Source of the DNA: Alphaproteobacteria bacterium
GTDB taxonomy: Bacteria > Pseudomonadota > Alphaproteobacteria > Bin95
Assembly (NCBI GenBank): GCA_963665325.3
Contig: CAXXWS020000003.1
Coordinates: 544,001-608,000 of the forward strand
Length of the DNA stretch: 64,000 nt
Direction: 5' to 3'
Below, piece after piece: positions 38,811 through 48,621 of the stretch. Numbering within the stretch: position 1 is the stretch's first letter; each line of letters begins with the position of its first letter. The notes under the pieces are model-generated. The model saw nothing but the letters and a program-made list of their open reading frames with translations, was not told the DNA's origin and made no database searches. Both the position numbers and the translations under genes were made by a program.

Positions 38811-39272
38811 ATGAACACATACTCCGCCAAGCCGGCAGACGTCGAGCGGAATTGGTGGCTGGTCGATGCCGACGGGCTGGTGCTCGGCCGCCTTGCCTCG
38901 ATTATCGCCATGCGGCTGCGCGGCAAGCACAAAGCGCTTTACACGCCGCATATCGATTGCGGCGACCATGTGGTGGTCGTCAATGCGGACAAGGTGGCGC
39001 TGACCGGCGCGAAGGAAGACGACAAGGTCTATAACTGGCATACGGGTTATCCGGGCGGCCTGCGCTCGCGGACGGTGCGCGAGCAGCGCGACCGGCGCCC
39101 GGAGCAGCTTGTCGTCAAGGCTGTCGAACGGATGCTGCCCAAGACGAAACTCGGCCGGCAGGTCATTTCGAAGCTGCATGTCTATGCCGGCCCCGAGCAC
39201 CGCCATGCCGGCCAGAAGCCGGCGCCGCTCGACATCGCGGCCATGAACCGCAAGAACGCCAGGAGGGCCTGA
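38811..39272 (+). CDS. rplM: 50S ribosomal protein L13
   Basis: 'LGRLAS.IA..LRGKHK..YTPH.DCGD', 'HTGYPGG'. Confidence 0.98.
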   Translation: MNTYSAKPADVERNWWLVDADGLVLGRLASIIAMRLRGKHKALYTPHIDCGDHVVVVNADKVALTGAKEDDKVYNWHTGYPGGLRSRTVREQRDRRPEQLVVKAVERMLPKTKLGRQVISKLHVYAGPEHRHAGQKPAPLDIAAMNRKNARRA

Positions 39273-39277
39273 AGGTC

Positions 39278-39772
39278 ATGGCCGAGGAGACCCGCACACT
39301 CGCCGACCTGAAACAGGTTCTCGACACCGATGACGTCCCGGAGCGGCCGGCCCCGGCAATGCCTGCGGCGCCGGAGATCGACAGTTTCGGGCGCGCCTAC
39401 GCCACCGGCAAGCGCAAGGAGTCCATCGCGCGCGTCTGGATCCGTCCCGGCGCCGGACGGGTGACGGTCAACGGCAAGACGGGGGAGGCCTATTTCCCGA
39501 GGCCGACCCACCGCATGCTGCTCGCCCAGCCTTTCGTCGCGGTCAACCGCACGAACCAGTACGACGTGATCTGCACGGTGCGCGGCGGCGGCCAGTCCGG
39601 CCAGGCCGGCGCGGTGCGCCACGGCATCGCCAAGGCGCTCACCTGTTTCGAACCGGGCTTGCGCCCGGCGCTCAAGCAGGGCGGGTTCCTGACCCGCGAT
39701 GCGCGCCGCGTGGAACGCAAGAAATACGGCAAGCCGAAGGCGCGGCGCAGCTTCCAGTTCTCGAAACGCTGA
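39278..39772 (+). CDS. rpsI: 30S ribosomal protein S9
   Basis: 'YATGKRK', '[10 protein letters not shown]', C-terminal '[11 protein letters not shown]'. Confidence 0.98.
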   Translation: MAEETRTLADLKQVLDTDDVPERPAPAMPAAPEIDSFGRAYATGKRKESIARVWIRPGAGRVTVNGKTGEAYFPRPTHRMLLAQPFVAVNRTNQYDVICTVRGGGQSGQAGAVRHGIAKALTCFEPGLRPALKQGGFLTRDARRVERKKYGKPKARRSFQFSKR

Positions 39773-39821
39773 CGCGGTCCCGGCGCGGGAGACCGCGCTC
39801 AAGGGAAGGGAGACCCGCCCC

Positions 39822-40871
39822 ATGCCCCAGATCGGAAACCGGGCCCGGGCGGCGATCCTGGGCGCGAGCGGCTACACCGGCGCGGAACTGATCCGCCTGC
39901 TGGCCCGCCACCCCTATATCGAAATCCGCACGCTCACCGCCGACCGGCGCGCGGGCGAGCCTTTTGGCGCGGTGTTCCCGCATCTGGCCGCGCTCGGCCT
40001 GCCGGACCTGGTGCGCATCGAGGATGTGGATTTCGGCGCCCATGACATCGTGTTCTGTTGCCTGCCGCACGGCACGACGCAGGAAACGATCGCGGCCCTG
40101 CCGGCGCATCTGAAGGTTGTGGACCTCTCCGCCGATTTCCGCCTCGCCGATATCGACACCTATGCGGAATGGTACGGCCATGCCCACCGGGCGCCTGAAC
40201 TCCAGAAGAGCGCGGTTTACGGGCTCACCGAGATCAAGCGCGGGCAAGTCGCACGCGCCCGCCTGGTCGCCAATCCGGGCTGCTACCCGACAAGCGCGCA
40301 GCTCCCGCTGGTGCCGCTGATCGAGGCGGGCGCGGTCGAGTCGCGCAACATCATCGTGGACGCGAAGTCCGGCGTCACCGGGGCCGGGCGGTCGCTGCGC
40401 GAGGACGTCCTGTTCGCGGAAGTGCAGGACGGCATCCATGCCTACGGCATCGGCCGGCACCGCCACGCGCCGGAGATCGAGCAGGGGCTCGGCGAGGCGG
40501 CGGGCGCGCCCGTCATCGTCAGCTTCACCCCGCATCTGGCGCCGATGAACCGGGGTATCCTCTCCACCATCTATGTCGAACTCGCCAATGGCGAGACGGC
40601 CGATGGGCTCAGGAACCGGCTGCGCGAACGTTATGCAGACGAGCCCTTCGTGCATGTGCTGCCCTCCGGCGCACCCGCGACCCGCCATGTGCGCGGCACC
40701 AATCGCTGCGATATCGGCGTGGCGGCGGACCGCGCACCCGGCCGGGCGATCCTGGTCTCGGCCATCGACAACCTCGTCAAGGGCGCGTCGGGCCAGGCCG
40801 TGCAGAACATGAACGCCATGCAGGGCTGGGAGGAGACGACGGGGCTCGAGCTGGAAGCGATGTATCCGTGA
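39822..40871 (+). CDS. argC: N-acetyl-gamma-glutamyl-phosphate reductase
   Basis: 'GASGYTG', 'DLSADFR', 'ANPGCYPT', 'IDNLVKGASGQA'. Confidence 0.97.
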   Translation: MPQIGNRARAAILGASGYTGAELIRLLARHPYIEIRTLTADRRAGEPFGAVFPHLAALGLPDLVRIEDVDFGAHDIVFCCLPHGTTQETIAALPAHLKVVDLSADFRLADIDTYAEWYGHAHRAPELQKSAVYGLTEIKRGQVARARLVANPGCYPTSAQLPLVPLIEAGAVESRNIIVDAKSGVTGAGRSLREDVLFAEVQDGIHAYGIGRHRHAPEIEQGLGEAAGAPVIVSFTPHLAPMNRGILSTIYVELANGETADGLRNRLRERYADEPFVHVLPSGAPATRHVRGTNRCDIGVAADRAPGRAILVSAIDNLVKGASGQAVQNMNAMQGWEETTGLELEAMYP

Positions 40872-41398
40872 GGGGAGCGGTTCTGCCCTATCGGGGCGTC
40901 TGGCCGAAGCTTGCGGACGATGTTTTCATAGCGCCGGGCGCCGTAGTGGTCGGCGATGTCGAGATCGGGGCCGGCGCCAGCGTCTGGTACAATGCTGTAG
41001 TGCGCGGCGATGTCGGCCGCATCCGCATCGGTGCAGGCACCAATATTCAGGACGGGACGGTGGTGCATGTCACCGGCGGCGCCTTCGACACCGTGATCGG
41101 GGACGAGGTGCTGGTCGGCCACCGCTGCATGATCCACGGCTGCCGGCTGGAGGACCGCGCCTTCATCGGCATGAGCGCGACCGTGCTGGACGGCTGCGTC
41201 GTCGAAGGCGACGCCATGCTGGCCGCCGGCTCCCTGCTTTCGCCCGGCAAGCGCATTCCGGCCGGGGAACTCTGGGCCGGCACGCCCGCCAAGAAAATGC
41301 GCGATCTCACCCCGGAAGCACTGGCCGGCTTCCGCCGGCAAGTCGCCCACTACGCCTGGAACGCCCAGGTCCACATCGAATCGCTGGCGGACTTGTAG
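40868..41398 (+). CDS. gamma-carbonic anhydrase family hexapeptide-repeat protein
   Basis: 'VVRGDV..IRIG..TNIQD...H', 'GH...HGC'. Confidence 0.93.
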   Translation: MRGAVLPYRGVWPKLADDVFIAPGAVVVGDVEIGAGASVWYNAVVRGDVGRIRIGAGTNIQDGTVVHVTGGAFDTVIGDEVLVGHRCMIHGCRLEDRAFIGMSATVLDGCVVEGDAMLAAGSLLSPGKRIPAGELWAGTPAKKMRDLTPEALAGFRRQVAHYAWNAQVHIESLADL

Positions 41399-41463
41399 GC
41401 GGCTGTTGCCTTCCAGACGGCGCTGATTCATGCTGCCGCCGGCCCGATAGACACGGTGGGGCG

Positions 41464-42147
41464 ATGGTGCAGAAGAAGCCGAATCGGGAGGATATCAGGG
41501 ACCGGCCGGCCTATACGGTTGCAGAGGCGGCGGGATATCTGAAGATGCCAGCGCCTACTCTCCGGTCATGGGTGCAGGTTATAGACCGTTCCGATGCGCC
41601 CCGACACAATCGGTCGGGTCCGCTAATCGATCCAGCTTGCGAAAGCCCGTTACGCCTTTCTTTCAATAATCTTGTCGAATGTCACACGCTGCGCGCACTC
41701 AGGACGAGGCACGGAGTATCGATAAAATCTGCGCTTGTCGCAATGGAAACGGCAAGAGGAGTTTGCCGTACACAAAGATTACTCTTAAGTGATCGATTGC
41801 GAACGGATGCCGGCGAAGTGTTTCTCGACAAATATGGAGAGTTGGTAAATCTGACCAAATCCGGCCAGATCGCCATGAAGGCCATATTGGCAGGGTTGCT
41901 GAAGTCAATAGACAGGGACGAATTCAGCCTCCCCAAGCGGCTCTATCCGGTTAGTGACGAGAGCAAGGTGATTGTTATCGACCCGCATGTGGCGTTCGGC
42001 CGCCCCGTTATATCCCGCTGTGGAATTTCAACGGGCGCGATTGTCGCTCGGCTGGACGCAAACGAGATGGAAGAAGACATCGCAAACGATTACGAACTGA
42101 CTCTGGACGATGTAAGGCAGGCCGCAATTTATGAAAGAGCGGCGTAA
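41464..42147 (+). CDS. DUF433-domain antitoxin (VapB45-like)
   Basis: 'PAYTVAEAAGYL', 'LSFNNLVE', 'IVIDPHVAFGRPVI...IANDYEL...VRQAAIYE'. Confidence 0.88.
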   Translation: MVQKKPNREDIRDRPAYTVAEAAGYLKMPAPTLRSWVQVIDRSDAPRHNRSGPLIDPACESPLRLSFNNLVECHTLRALRTRHGVSIKSALVAMETARGVCRTQRLLLSDRLRTDAGEVFLDKYGELVNLTKSGQIAMKAILAGLLKSIDRDEFSLPKRLYPVSDESKVIVIDPHVAFGRPVISRCGISTGAIVARLDANEMEEDIANDYELTLDDVRQAAIYERAA

Positions 42148-42149
42148 GT

Positions 42150-42569
42150 GTGATATTTTTCACCGACCGCGATCTTGGCCGCTCTTTTCCGGAAATTCTG
42201 GAAGCGGCCGGTTTGCAGGTGAGAAGACATGCCGACCTCTTCCGGCACGACGCCGCGGATGAAGAATGGCTGACGGAAGTCGGCAGGAATGGCTGGTTCG
42301 CCTTATCCAGAGACAAGCACATCTACTACAGGCCGAACGAGAAGGAAGCGGTAATCCACGCGAAGGTGGGGCTCTTCATCGTCGTCGGGAAGGCGCCGCA
42401 CCGGGAGCTGGCCGAGAATTTCGTCCGGTCGATGAGGGCCATCGAGCGCTTTGCCGGCAAGCACGTACCGCCATTTATCGCCAAGGTGTATCGACCGTCG
42501 CAGGACTTGGCGCGACGGGTGCCGCCGGGTCCGGGCAAGGTGGCGCTTTGGTATCCGGACGGCGGGTGA
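42150..42569 (+). CDS. VapC45-like PIN toxin
   Basis: 'FFTDRDLG', 'DEEWL..VGRNGW..LSRDKHI.YRPNE'. Confidence 0.88.
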   Translation: MIFFTDRDLGRSFPEILEAAGLQVRRHADLFRHDAADEEWLTEVGRNGWFALSRDKHIYYRPNEKEAVIHAKVGLFIVVGKAPHRELAENFVRSMRAIERFAGKHVPPFIAKVYRPSQDLARRVPPGPGKVALWYPDGG

Positions 42570-42654
42570 ACGCCTACCCCGTCTTTGACGGGGACGGATG
42601 ACCCGCCTTATCGTGCAGGGAACGAAATCCCCCGGATCGCAGGAAGGGACCCCG

Positions 42655-43350
42655 ATGCCCATCACCACGCCTGAAGTGAAGGCCGCCCTGGAGACCATCT
42701 TCGCCGGCGATTCGGAGATCTACCGGGAACGCGGCTTCCAGCGCCGCGTCGGCTTCGGGACCCGGCCCGCGCTGCTCGTCATCGACATGGCCAATGCCTG
42801 GACCCGGCCGGACTATCCCTTCACCTGCGACAACATGGAGGAGATCATCCCCGCCAACCGGGCCCTGCTGGCGGCGGCGCGGGAGAAGCGGATTCCCGTC
42901 GTCTTCACCTCCACCGCCTACCGCAATCCCACGGGCCCCCACCCGGATACGGGCCTCTGGCACCTCAAGATCCCGACGGAAATCCTTTCGGAGGGTTCCG
43001 AAGCGACCGCCATCGACGACCGCCTCACGCCGGAACCCGGCGAGCAGGTGATCCTCAAGAAGCGGGCCAGCGCCTTCCACGGCACCTGGCTTGCCGGCTA
43101 CCTGCGCGCCCAGCGGGTGGACACCGTCATCGTCACCGGCGTGACCATGGCGGGATGCGTGCGCCACAGCGTCGAGGACGCCATTGCCGACGGCTTCCGC
43201 CCCATCGTCGTGCGCGAAGCGGTGGGCGACCGGGTGCCGGGGGCGGTGGAATGGAACCTGTTCGACATCGACGCCAAGTTCGGCGATGTGGAGCCGCTGG
43301 AGAACGTGCTCGCCTACCTGAACGGCCTGCCGGCGCTCGCCAACGACTGA
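42655..43350 (+). CDS. isochorismatase-family cysteine hydrolase (maleamate amidohydrolase / N-carbamoylsarcosine amidase-like)
   Basis: 'GFGTRPALLVID', 'KKRASAFHGT', 'TGVTMAGCVR' with D-K-C triad. Confidence 0.92.
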   Translation: MPITTPEVKAALETIFAGDSEIYRERGFQRRVGFGTRPALLVIDMANAWTRPDYPFTCDNMEEIIPANRALLAAAREKRIPVVFTSTAYRNPTGPHPDTGLWHLKIPTEILSEGSEATAIDDRLTPEPGEQVILKKRASAFHGTWLAGYLRAQRVDTVIVTGVTMAGCVRHSVEDAIADGFRPIVVREAVGDRVPGAVEWNLFDIDAKFGDVEPLENVLAYLNGLPALAND

Positions 43351-43829
43351 GGGAACCCCTGGCCGCAAGGCGGCCGCCGTCCGGGCACTCGACCGGAAGC
43401 AGCGGCTCGTTCACGAAATTTGATTTAATTCCTCAATAAGACTTGACTTCCGGGGACCCTGTGGCAATATAGGCCGGGAGGAAGGAAGCGGCATCCGCGG
43501 GGCCGCTTCGTCTCCGGTTGCGCGCCGGCGCGTAAAAGACCCCCAGTGAAATGGACAGGACAGGTGCGTGCTTTGCCTCGCGCGCGCAATCAGGCGCGCG
43601 AACCGCGCCGGCGCCAACGGGCGCCCGCGCCTGCGCGCGATACGCGCGAAACAGGGACCCGCTTGCCGGGCGAGCCGGCGGCGGGGAGAACGAAATGGAT
43701 ACGGAGAACCGATGAGCGATATGCCCCCTTTCGTCACAAGACCTCGGCTCCCCGCCTTCTCGGGGGCAGGCAAGTCCGGGTCGACGCCGACCGGGCCGGG
43801 GCGGCGACGGGACCGGAGGTGCGGCGGAC

Positions 43830-43882
43830 CATGACAAAACATGACATTTCCGGAGGGCCTCATGACAAAACATGACATTTCC
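43830..43882. repeat. two 22-bp direct repeats in a ~600-bp non-coding stretch
   Basis: catgacaaaacatgacatttcc at 43830-43851 and 43861-43882. Confidence 0.85.
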
Positions 43883-43987
43883 CGACCGTCCCCGCATTCT
43901 TGCGGGCGGCGGCGGGCGTCGTCTCGTTGACAGGCGGGCGGCGCACGGCCATCAAACGGGCGACGATAGGGGAGGAGGGACGAACCC

Positions 43988-44788
43988 ATGCAGGACGGCG
44001 ATCTCTACGAGATTTATGCGGTCAAATACGGCGAGGTCGCCGAGCGCGCGATGAGCGAGAACATGATCGGCGGCGATCCGCACGACATGTCCGGCCAGCT
44101 CGATTTCTATGTCTGGGCCGTGGTCGGGCGCTCGCGCACCTTCATCGTCGATACCGGCTTCAACCACGAGACGGCCGTTGACAGGGGACGCAAGCTCCAG
44201 CGCCTGCCGAAGGAAGGCCTCGAGCTGGTCGGCGTCGATGCCGGCGCGATTCGCGATGTGGTGATCACGCATCTCCACAACGACCATGCCGGCACGCTCA
44301 CGGACTTCCCCAATGCGCGCTTCCACCTCCAGGAACAGGAGATGGAATACGCCACCGGGCGGTGCATGTGCCACGAGGTGATAAGGGCCCCCTACAATGT
44401 GGAGGATATCTGCACGATGGTGCGCAAGGTGTATGCGGGCGAGGTCGTCTTCCATGACGGCGACGCCCAACTCGCGCCCGGCGTGTCGCTCCACCACATC
44501 GGCGGCCATGCCAAGGGGTTGATGAGCGTGCGTGTCGAGACCCGGCGCGGACCCGTGGTGCTGGCCTCCGATGCAGCGCATTTCTACGCCAATCTGGAGC
44601 AGCGCCGGCCGTTCCCCATCGTTTACAATGTGGCCGACCTGCTGACCGGCTTCGACCGGCTGGAGGCGCTGGCCGGCGCGCCGGACCGTGTGGTGCCGGG
44701 CCACGACCCGCGCGTGCTGCACCGCTATCCCGCCGTCTCGGACGAGCTCCGGGGCATCGCCGCGCGCCTCGACGCCGATCCCGCCTGA
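43988..44788 (+). CDS. metallo-beta-lactamase-fold hydrolase, N-acyl-homoserine lactonase family
   Basis: 'VDTG', THLHNDHAG (HxHxDH), 'GGHAKG', 'LASDA', 'PGHD'. Confidence 0.9.
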   Translation: MQDGDLYEIYAVKYGEVAERAMSENMIGGDPHDMSGQLDFYVWAVVGRSRTFIVDTGFNHETAVDRGRKLQRLPKEGLELVGVDAGAIRDVVITHLHNDHAGTLTDFPNARFHLQEQEMEYATGRCMCHEVIRAPYNVEDICTMVRKVYAGEVVFHDGDAQLAPGVSLHHIGGHAKGLMSVRVETRRGPVVLASDAAHFYANLEQRRPFPIVYNVADLLTGFDRLEALAGAPDRVVPGHDPRVLHRYPAVSDELRGIAARLDADPA

Positions 44789-44791
44789 CCC

Positions 44792-45802
44792 TTGCGCCTC
44801 GGCATTCTGGACCAGTCGATCGCCGCCGAAGGCCGTCCCCAGGCCGAGGCGATCCGCAATACGGTTGCGCTGGCCGAGCTGTGCGAGCGGCTCGGCTACG
44901 ACCGCTTCTGGGTCTCGGAGCACCATAACCACCCGACCATCGTGGGCACCGCGCCGGAGATCCTGGTGGCCGGCATGGCGGCGCGGACCTCGCGCATCCG
45001 CATCGGCAGCGCAGGGGTGATGCTGCCGCACTACGCGCCCTTCAAGGTCGCGGAGCAGTTCCGGGTGCTGGACGCGCTGGCGCCGGGGCGCATCGACCTC
45101 GGCCTCGGCCGTGCGCCGGGCTCCGACGGGCTGACGGCCTTCGCCCTCAATCCGCGCGCCAATGAGAGGCCGGCGGAGTTTCCGGCGGACATCCGCGACC
45201 TCCAGGCCTGGCTCAAGGCTGAACCGCTGCCGGAAGGGCACCCGTTTCGCAGGCTCGGCGCCTTTCCGCAGGGGGACACGGCGCCTCAGATATGGCTGCT
45301 GGGGTCGTCCAACTATGGCGCGCAGGTGGCGGCCTGGTTCGGCCTGCCCTACGCCTTCGCCTGGTTCTTCACCGACGGGCACGGGGCAAGGGAGGCGCTC
45401 GGCCTCTACCGCGAGCATTACAAGCCGAGCGCGGACTGGCCGGAACCGCATTCGGCGATCTGCGTGTGGGCGCTGGCGGCCGACAGCGAGGAGGAAGCCC
45501 AGTTCCATTTCGGCCCCCGCCTGCGCTGGCGTCTCGGCCGCGACCGGGGCGTATTCCTGCCACTGGAGTCCGCCGAGAAGGCTGCGGCCTACGAGTACAG
45601 CGACGGCGAGGCCGCACGGCTGGCGCGATTCCGCGAGCAGGCCGTCGTCGGCCGGCCGGAGCGCGTGGTCGAGCGCATCGCAGCCATCGGCGAGGACCTC
45701 GGCGTGGACGAGATCGCCATCGTCACCTGGACGCATGACGAAGCCGCCCGCCGGCGCAGCTACGAGCTCATCGCCGAAGCATGGGGCATCGCGCCCGGTT
45801 AG
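44792..45802 (+). CDS. luciferase-like (LLM class) flavin-dependent oxidoreductase
   Basis: 'LGILDQS', 'WVSEHH', 'IRIGSAGVMLPHYAPFKVAEQF', 'GRIDLGLGRAPG'. Confidence 0.94.
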   Translation: MRLGILDQSIAAEGRPQAEAIRNTVALAELCERLGYDRFWVSEHHNHPTIVGTAPEILVAGMAARTSRIRIGSAGVMLPHYAPFKVAEQFRVLDALAPGRIDLGLGRAPGSDGLTAFALNPRANERPAEFPADIRDLQAWLKAEPLPEGHPFRRLGAFPQGDTAPQIWLLGSSNYGAQVAAWFGLPYAFAWFFTDGHGAREALGLYREHYKPSADWPEPHSAICVWALAADSEEEAQFHFGPRLRWRLGRDRGVFLPLESAEKAAAYEYSDGEAARLARFREQAVVGRPERVVERIAAIGEDLGVDEIAIVTWTHDEAARRRSYELIAEAWGIAPG

Positions 45803-46111
45803 CCCGCATTTCTCACCAGGGTCATGGTCTGCGCGGTGCTGTCGGGCCGGCAGGGAAGGAGAGCCGCGCAGCGCGATGCGGGGCATCGGGCAAGCGGTTC
45901 GACGCACCCTGCCGGCCCGACAGCACCGCCCTTCGGGTCGCGCCCAGGCGTCCGCCCGCGGCGGCGTAAACGCCGCCATCCAAACAAACTGCCGCGTTGC
46001 GCGCGGCGTCGCGGGCCTCAACCGTAGGCTGTGCTACGCTTTTCGGCCCGCTCCTTGCGGAGCGAACGCCTGGACAGCGACGCAGGCCGTGACCCTGGTG
46101 AGAAATGCGGG
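45803..46111. mobile_element. MITE, 309 bp, 22-bp perfect TIRs, TTAG target duplication
   Basis: cccgcatttctcaccagggtca at 45803-45824 and its reverse complement at 46090-46111; TTAG at 45799-45802 and 46112-46115; no transposase. Confidence 0.88.
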
Positions 46112-47083
46112 TTAGCCCGCTGTGCGGCGGACGAGGTTCAGGAGGTCGACCAGGTCGAGAATGCGCGCGACCCAGGGCTCGCGCGGGTTGAAGCCGGGAC
46201 CGGCATCGCCGAGAAGGCGGCCTTCGAGCGCGTCCAGCAGGCGCGTGAGGCGCCGGTCATGGATGCCGAGCCGGGCCTGCACGGGATCGGCCGCCACCCC
46301 GGCGAAAGCGGTCAGCATGGCCGGCACCAGCACCAGCGCGCCGGTGAGGCCGGCGACCGCGACTGTCGAGGCCTTGGCCGGGAAGACGCTGTACCAGAGC
46401 CCGCCCGCGGCTGCGCCGAGCGGAAAGCCCGCGATTGCCGCCTGTTGCGCCAATGCCTGCGCAGCGACCGGGCCGAGCGACAATGCGCCCGGCGTCCATT
46501 GCCGGAAGGCTGCCGCGCCGATGCCGGCAGAGACGAGCGAAGCGGCAAGCTCGGCAACCGCGAGCCGCGCCTCGCCGTAGCGCCCGGCCGCCCGCTCGGC
46601 CCAGGCCCTGAAGCCGGGCGATGCAGACGCCGTGGAAAGCCGGTCCAGCAGGACGCTCACCGCCGGGTCGCGGGCGATCTCCTCGGCAAGCGCGTCGCGT
46701 TCCGAGTGCCGTCGGGGCTGTCCATAGGGCAGCTCCAGCAGTTCGGTGAAGAGCCGCCATTCAATCTCGCGCGCCACGTCGGTGACGAACACCTTTCGGC
46801 CCCGGCGCATCCCGGCGGCGGCCCCTTCATATCCGCCGCGCTCGGCGAGCCGGGCGGCGGCCTCCAGGGCAAGATTGGGCCCGGCGAGCGCGATGTTGGC
46901 GGGGGCCCTAAGCAGGTCGCGCCCGACCGCCCGGCGGTGGAGTTCGAGCGTTCCTCTCAGGCGGAAATTGCGCCGGACGAAATCCGGCGCCATCTCCCGG
47001 CGGCGTCGGATATAGCGGCCGATGGCGCGGCGCACCGTTGCATCGGCTTCCTCGGGCCCGAGATATGGCGCAACATCGCCCAT
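46112..47083 (-). CDS. conserved hypothetical membrane protein (DUF6635-like from memory)
   Basis: 323 aa, hydrophobic Ala/Gly-rich C-half, 'ADPVQARLGIH.RRL'; co-oriented with the upstream genes. Confidence 0.7.
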   Translation of the reverse strand: MGDVAPYLGPEEADATVRRAIGRYIRRRREMAPDFVRRNFRLRGTLELHRRAVGRDLLRAPANIALAGPNLALEAAARLAERGGYEGAAAGMRRGRKVFVTDVAREIEWRLFTELLELPYGQPRRHSERDALAEEIARDPAVSVLLDRLSTASASPGFRAWAERAAGRYGEARLAVAELAASLVSAGIGAAAFRQWTPGALSLGPVAAQALAQQAAIAGFPLGAAAGGLWYSVFPAKASTVAVAGLTGALVLVPAMLTAFAGVAADPVQARLGIHDRRLTRLLDALEGRLLGDAGPGFNPREPWVARILDLVDLLNLVRRTAG

Positions 47084-47137
47084 CTGCCCAATATGGTGCG
47101 GCGCCGGGGCCGGTGCGAGTGGTGCGCCCGCTGCCGG

Positions 47138-47632
47138 TCAGAGCGTGCGGATATAGTAGATCAGGTCGAGTTCCGGCGGCGCGGCCCCGGCCTGGCTCAG
47201 CATGTCGTGGACTTGGCCGCGATGATGGGTCTGGTGGTTGAAGAAATGCGTCCAGACAAGCCGCAGCGGGGTGCGGGACGGCGTGCCGGCCAGATTGCTG
47301 TAAGCGAGGTCGCCAGCCAGCCGGTCCTCGTTCATCGCGGAAAGAACGCGGTCGATCCGGTCGTCTTCGGCTTCCCGCGCACGGCGCAGCTCGCCGAAAT
47401 CGTCGAACAGGACCGTGTCGAGCGGGGTTCCGCTGTCCTCGAACCCCTCGATACGCCCGAGCCAGGCGCGGTCGCCGACCAGGATATGGTTGAGCGTGTT
47501 GTGGATCGAGCCGAAGAACGCGAAACGGTCCCGCTTCCGCTCCTCGTCTCTCAGGCCCGCGCAGGCGTCGTAGAGGCGCGTATTCACCCAGCGGTTATAG
47601 GCCGCCATGGTCTTGAAATGGCTGAGGAACAT
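47138..47632 (-). CDS. DinB-family protein
   Basis: 'YNRWVN.RLY', 'FFGSIHNTLNHI', 'HFFNHQTHHRGQ'. Confidence 0.93.
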   Translation of the reverse strand: MFLSHFKTMAAYNRWVNTRLYDACAGLRDEERKRDRFAFFGSIHNTLNHILVGDRAWLGRIEGFEDSGTPLDTVLFDDFGELRRAREAEDDRIDRVLSAMNEDRLAGDLAYSNLAGTPSRTPLRLVWTHFFNHQTHHRGQVHDMLSQAGAAPPELDLIYYIRTL

Positions 47633-47660
47633 GGAAGCTCTCCGTTGTTTCCGGCGGGCG

Positions 47661-48611
47661 TCACGCCGTCAGCGCGAGATATTCGGCATTGCGCCGGTCA
47701 TGGAGGGTGCGGACGGCCTCGCCGGCTTCGGCGAGCGGGAAGGCGCGCACCGGGCCGGGCTTGAGTTTGCCGGCGCCGACCAGCTCGAACAGCTCCTCGG
47801 AGGCCGCCAGCAGGGCGTCGGGTTCGGCGATCCAGGCCGCGAGCGTCGGGCGTGCAACAATCAGGGACCGCACCTCCAGCCGCTGGAGGGCCAGGGGCGG
47901 AGGCGGCCCGGCGACATCGCCGAAGCCGATAGCCGTGCCCGCAGGCGCCAGACAGTCGAGGCAGCGGGCGAAGGTTTCGCCGCCCGTCGCGTCATAGACG
48001 ACATCCGCGCCCCGGCCCCCGGCTATCTCGCGGACCTGCGAGGCAAGGTCTTCCGGTCCGGAAACGACCGTGTGGACGCAGCCGTTCGTCCTTGCGACCT
48101 CCGCCTTTTGCTCGCTGCCGACCGCGCCGACGACCTCCGCGCCGACGGCAGCTGCCCATTGGCAGAGCAGCCGCCCGACACCGCCGGCCGCGCCGGTAAC
48201 CAGCACGATTTCGCCCGGCTGTACGCGGCGCAGCCGGCGCAACAGATAGTGGACGGCGAGGCCCCGGCGGATGATGGCGGCGGCGGTCGCGTCGTCGCTA
48301 TCCCCCGGAACCGGGACCAGCCGGCCTGCCGGGACATTGCGGCGCGCGCGCCAGGCGCCGGGCAGGTCGGCATAGGCCAGCCGGTCGCCGGGCCGGATGC
48401 CCTCGACGCCCGCGCCCACCGCCTCGGCAACTCCTGCCGCCGCGACGCCGGGAACGAAGGCCGCCCCTTCCTCCGGCGCCTCGACGCCGCAGCGGTCGAG
48501 CCCGAAAGCCGTCTGGCGGATCTGCACCTCGCCGGGGCCGGGCAGGCCTGTGGATTCCTCCTCGACGACCGGGGCCGCTGAGCCCGGCCGGATGCGAACG
48601 ACCGCCGTCAT
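47661..48611 (-). CDS. NADPH:quinone oxidoreductase-like (zeta-crystallin/MDR family)
   Basis: 'PGPGEVQIR', 'GDRLAY', 'VTGAAGGVG..LCQWA', 'GADVVYD'. Confidence 0.88.
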   Translation of the reverse strand: MTAVVRIRPGSAAPVVEEESTGLPGPGEVQIRQTAFGLDRCGVEAPEEGAAFVPGVAAAGVAEAVGAGVEGIRPGDRLAYADLPGAWRARRNVPAGRLVPVPGDSDDATAAAIIRRGLAVHYLLRRLRRVQPGEIVLVTGAAGGVGRLLCQWAAAVGAEVVGAVGSEQKAEVARTNGCVHTVVSGPEDLASQVREIAGGRGADVVYDATGGETFARCLDCLAPAGTAIGFGDVAGPPPPLALQRLEVRSLIVARPTLAAWIAEPDALLAASEELFELVGAGKLKPGPVRAFPLAEAGEAVRTLHDRRNAEYLALTA

Positions 48612-48621
48612 CTGCGCGCCG

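Noticed and set aside
43830-43882. 22-bp repeats as a mini-CRISPR
   Set aside because: Only two copies with a 9-bp gap.
43988-44788. Quorum-quenching system claim
   Set aside because: The HxHxDH lactonase-family fold is broad, and no AHL synthase or AHL-binding LuxR is nearby; substrate unknown.
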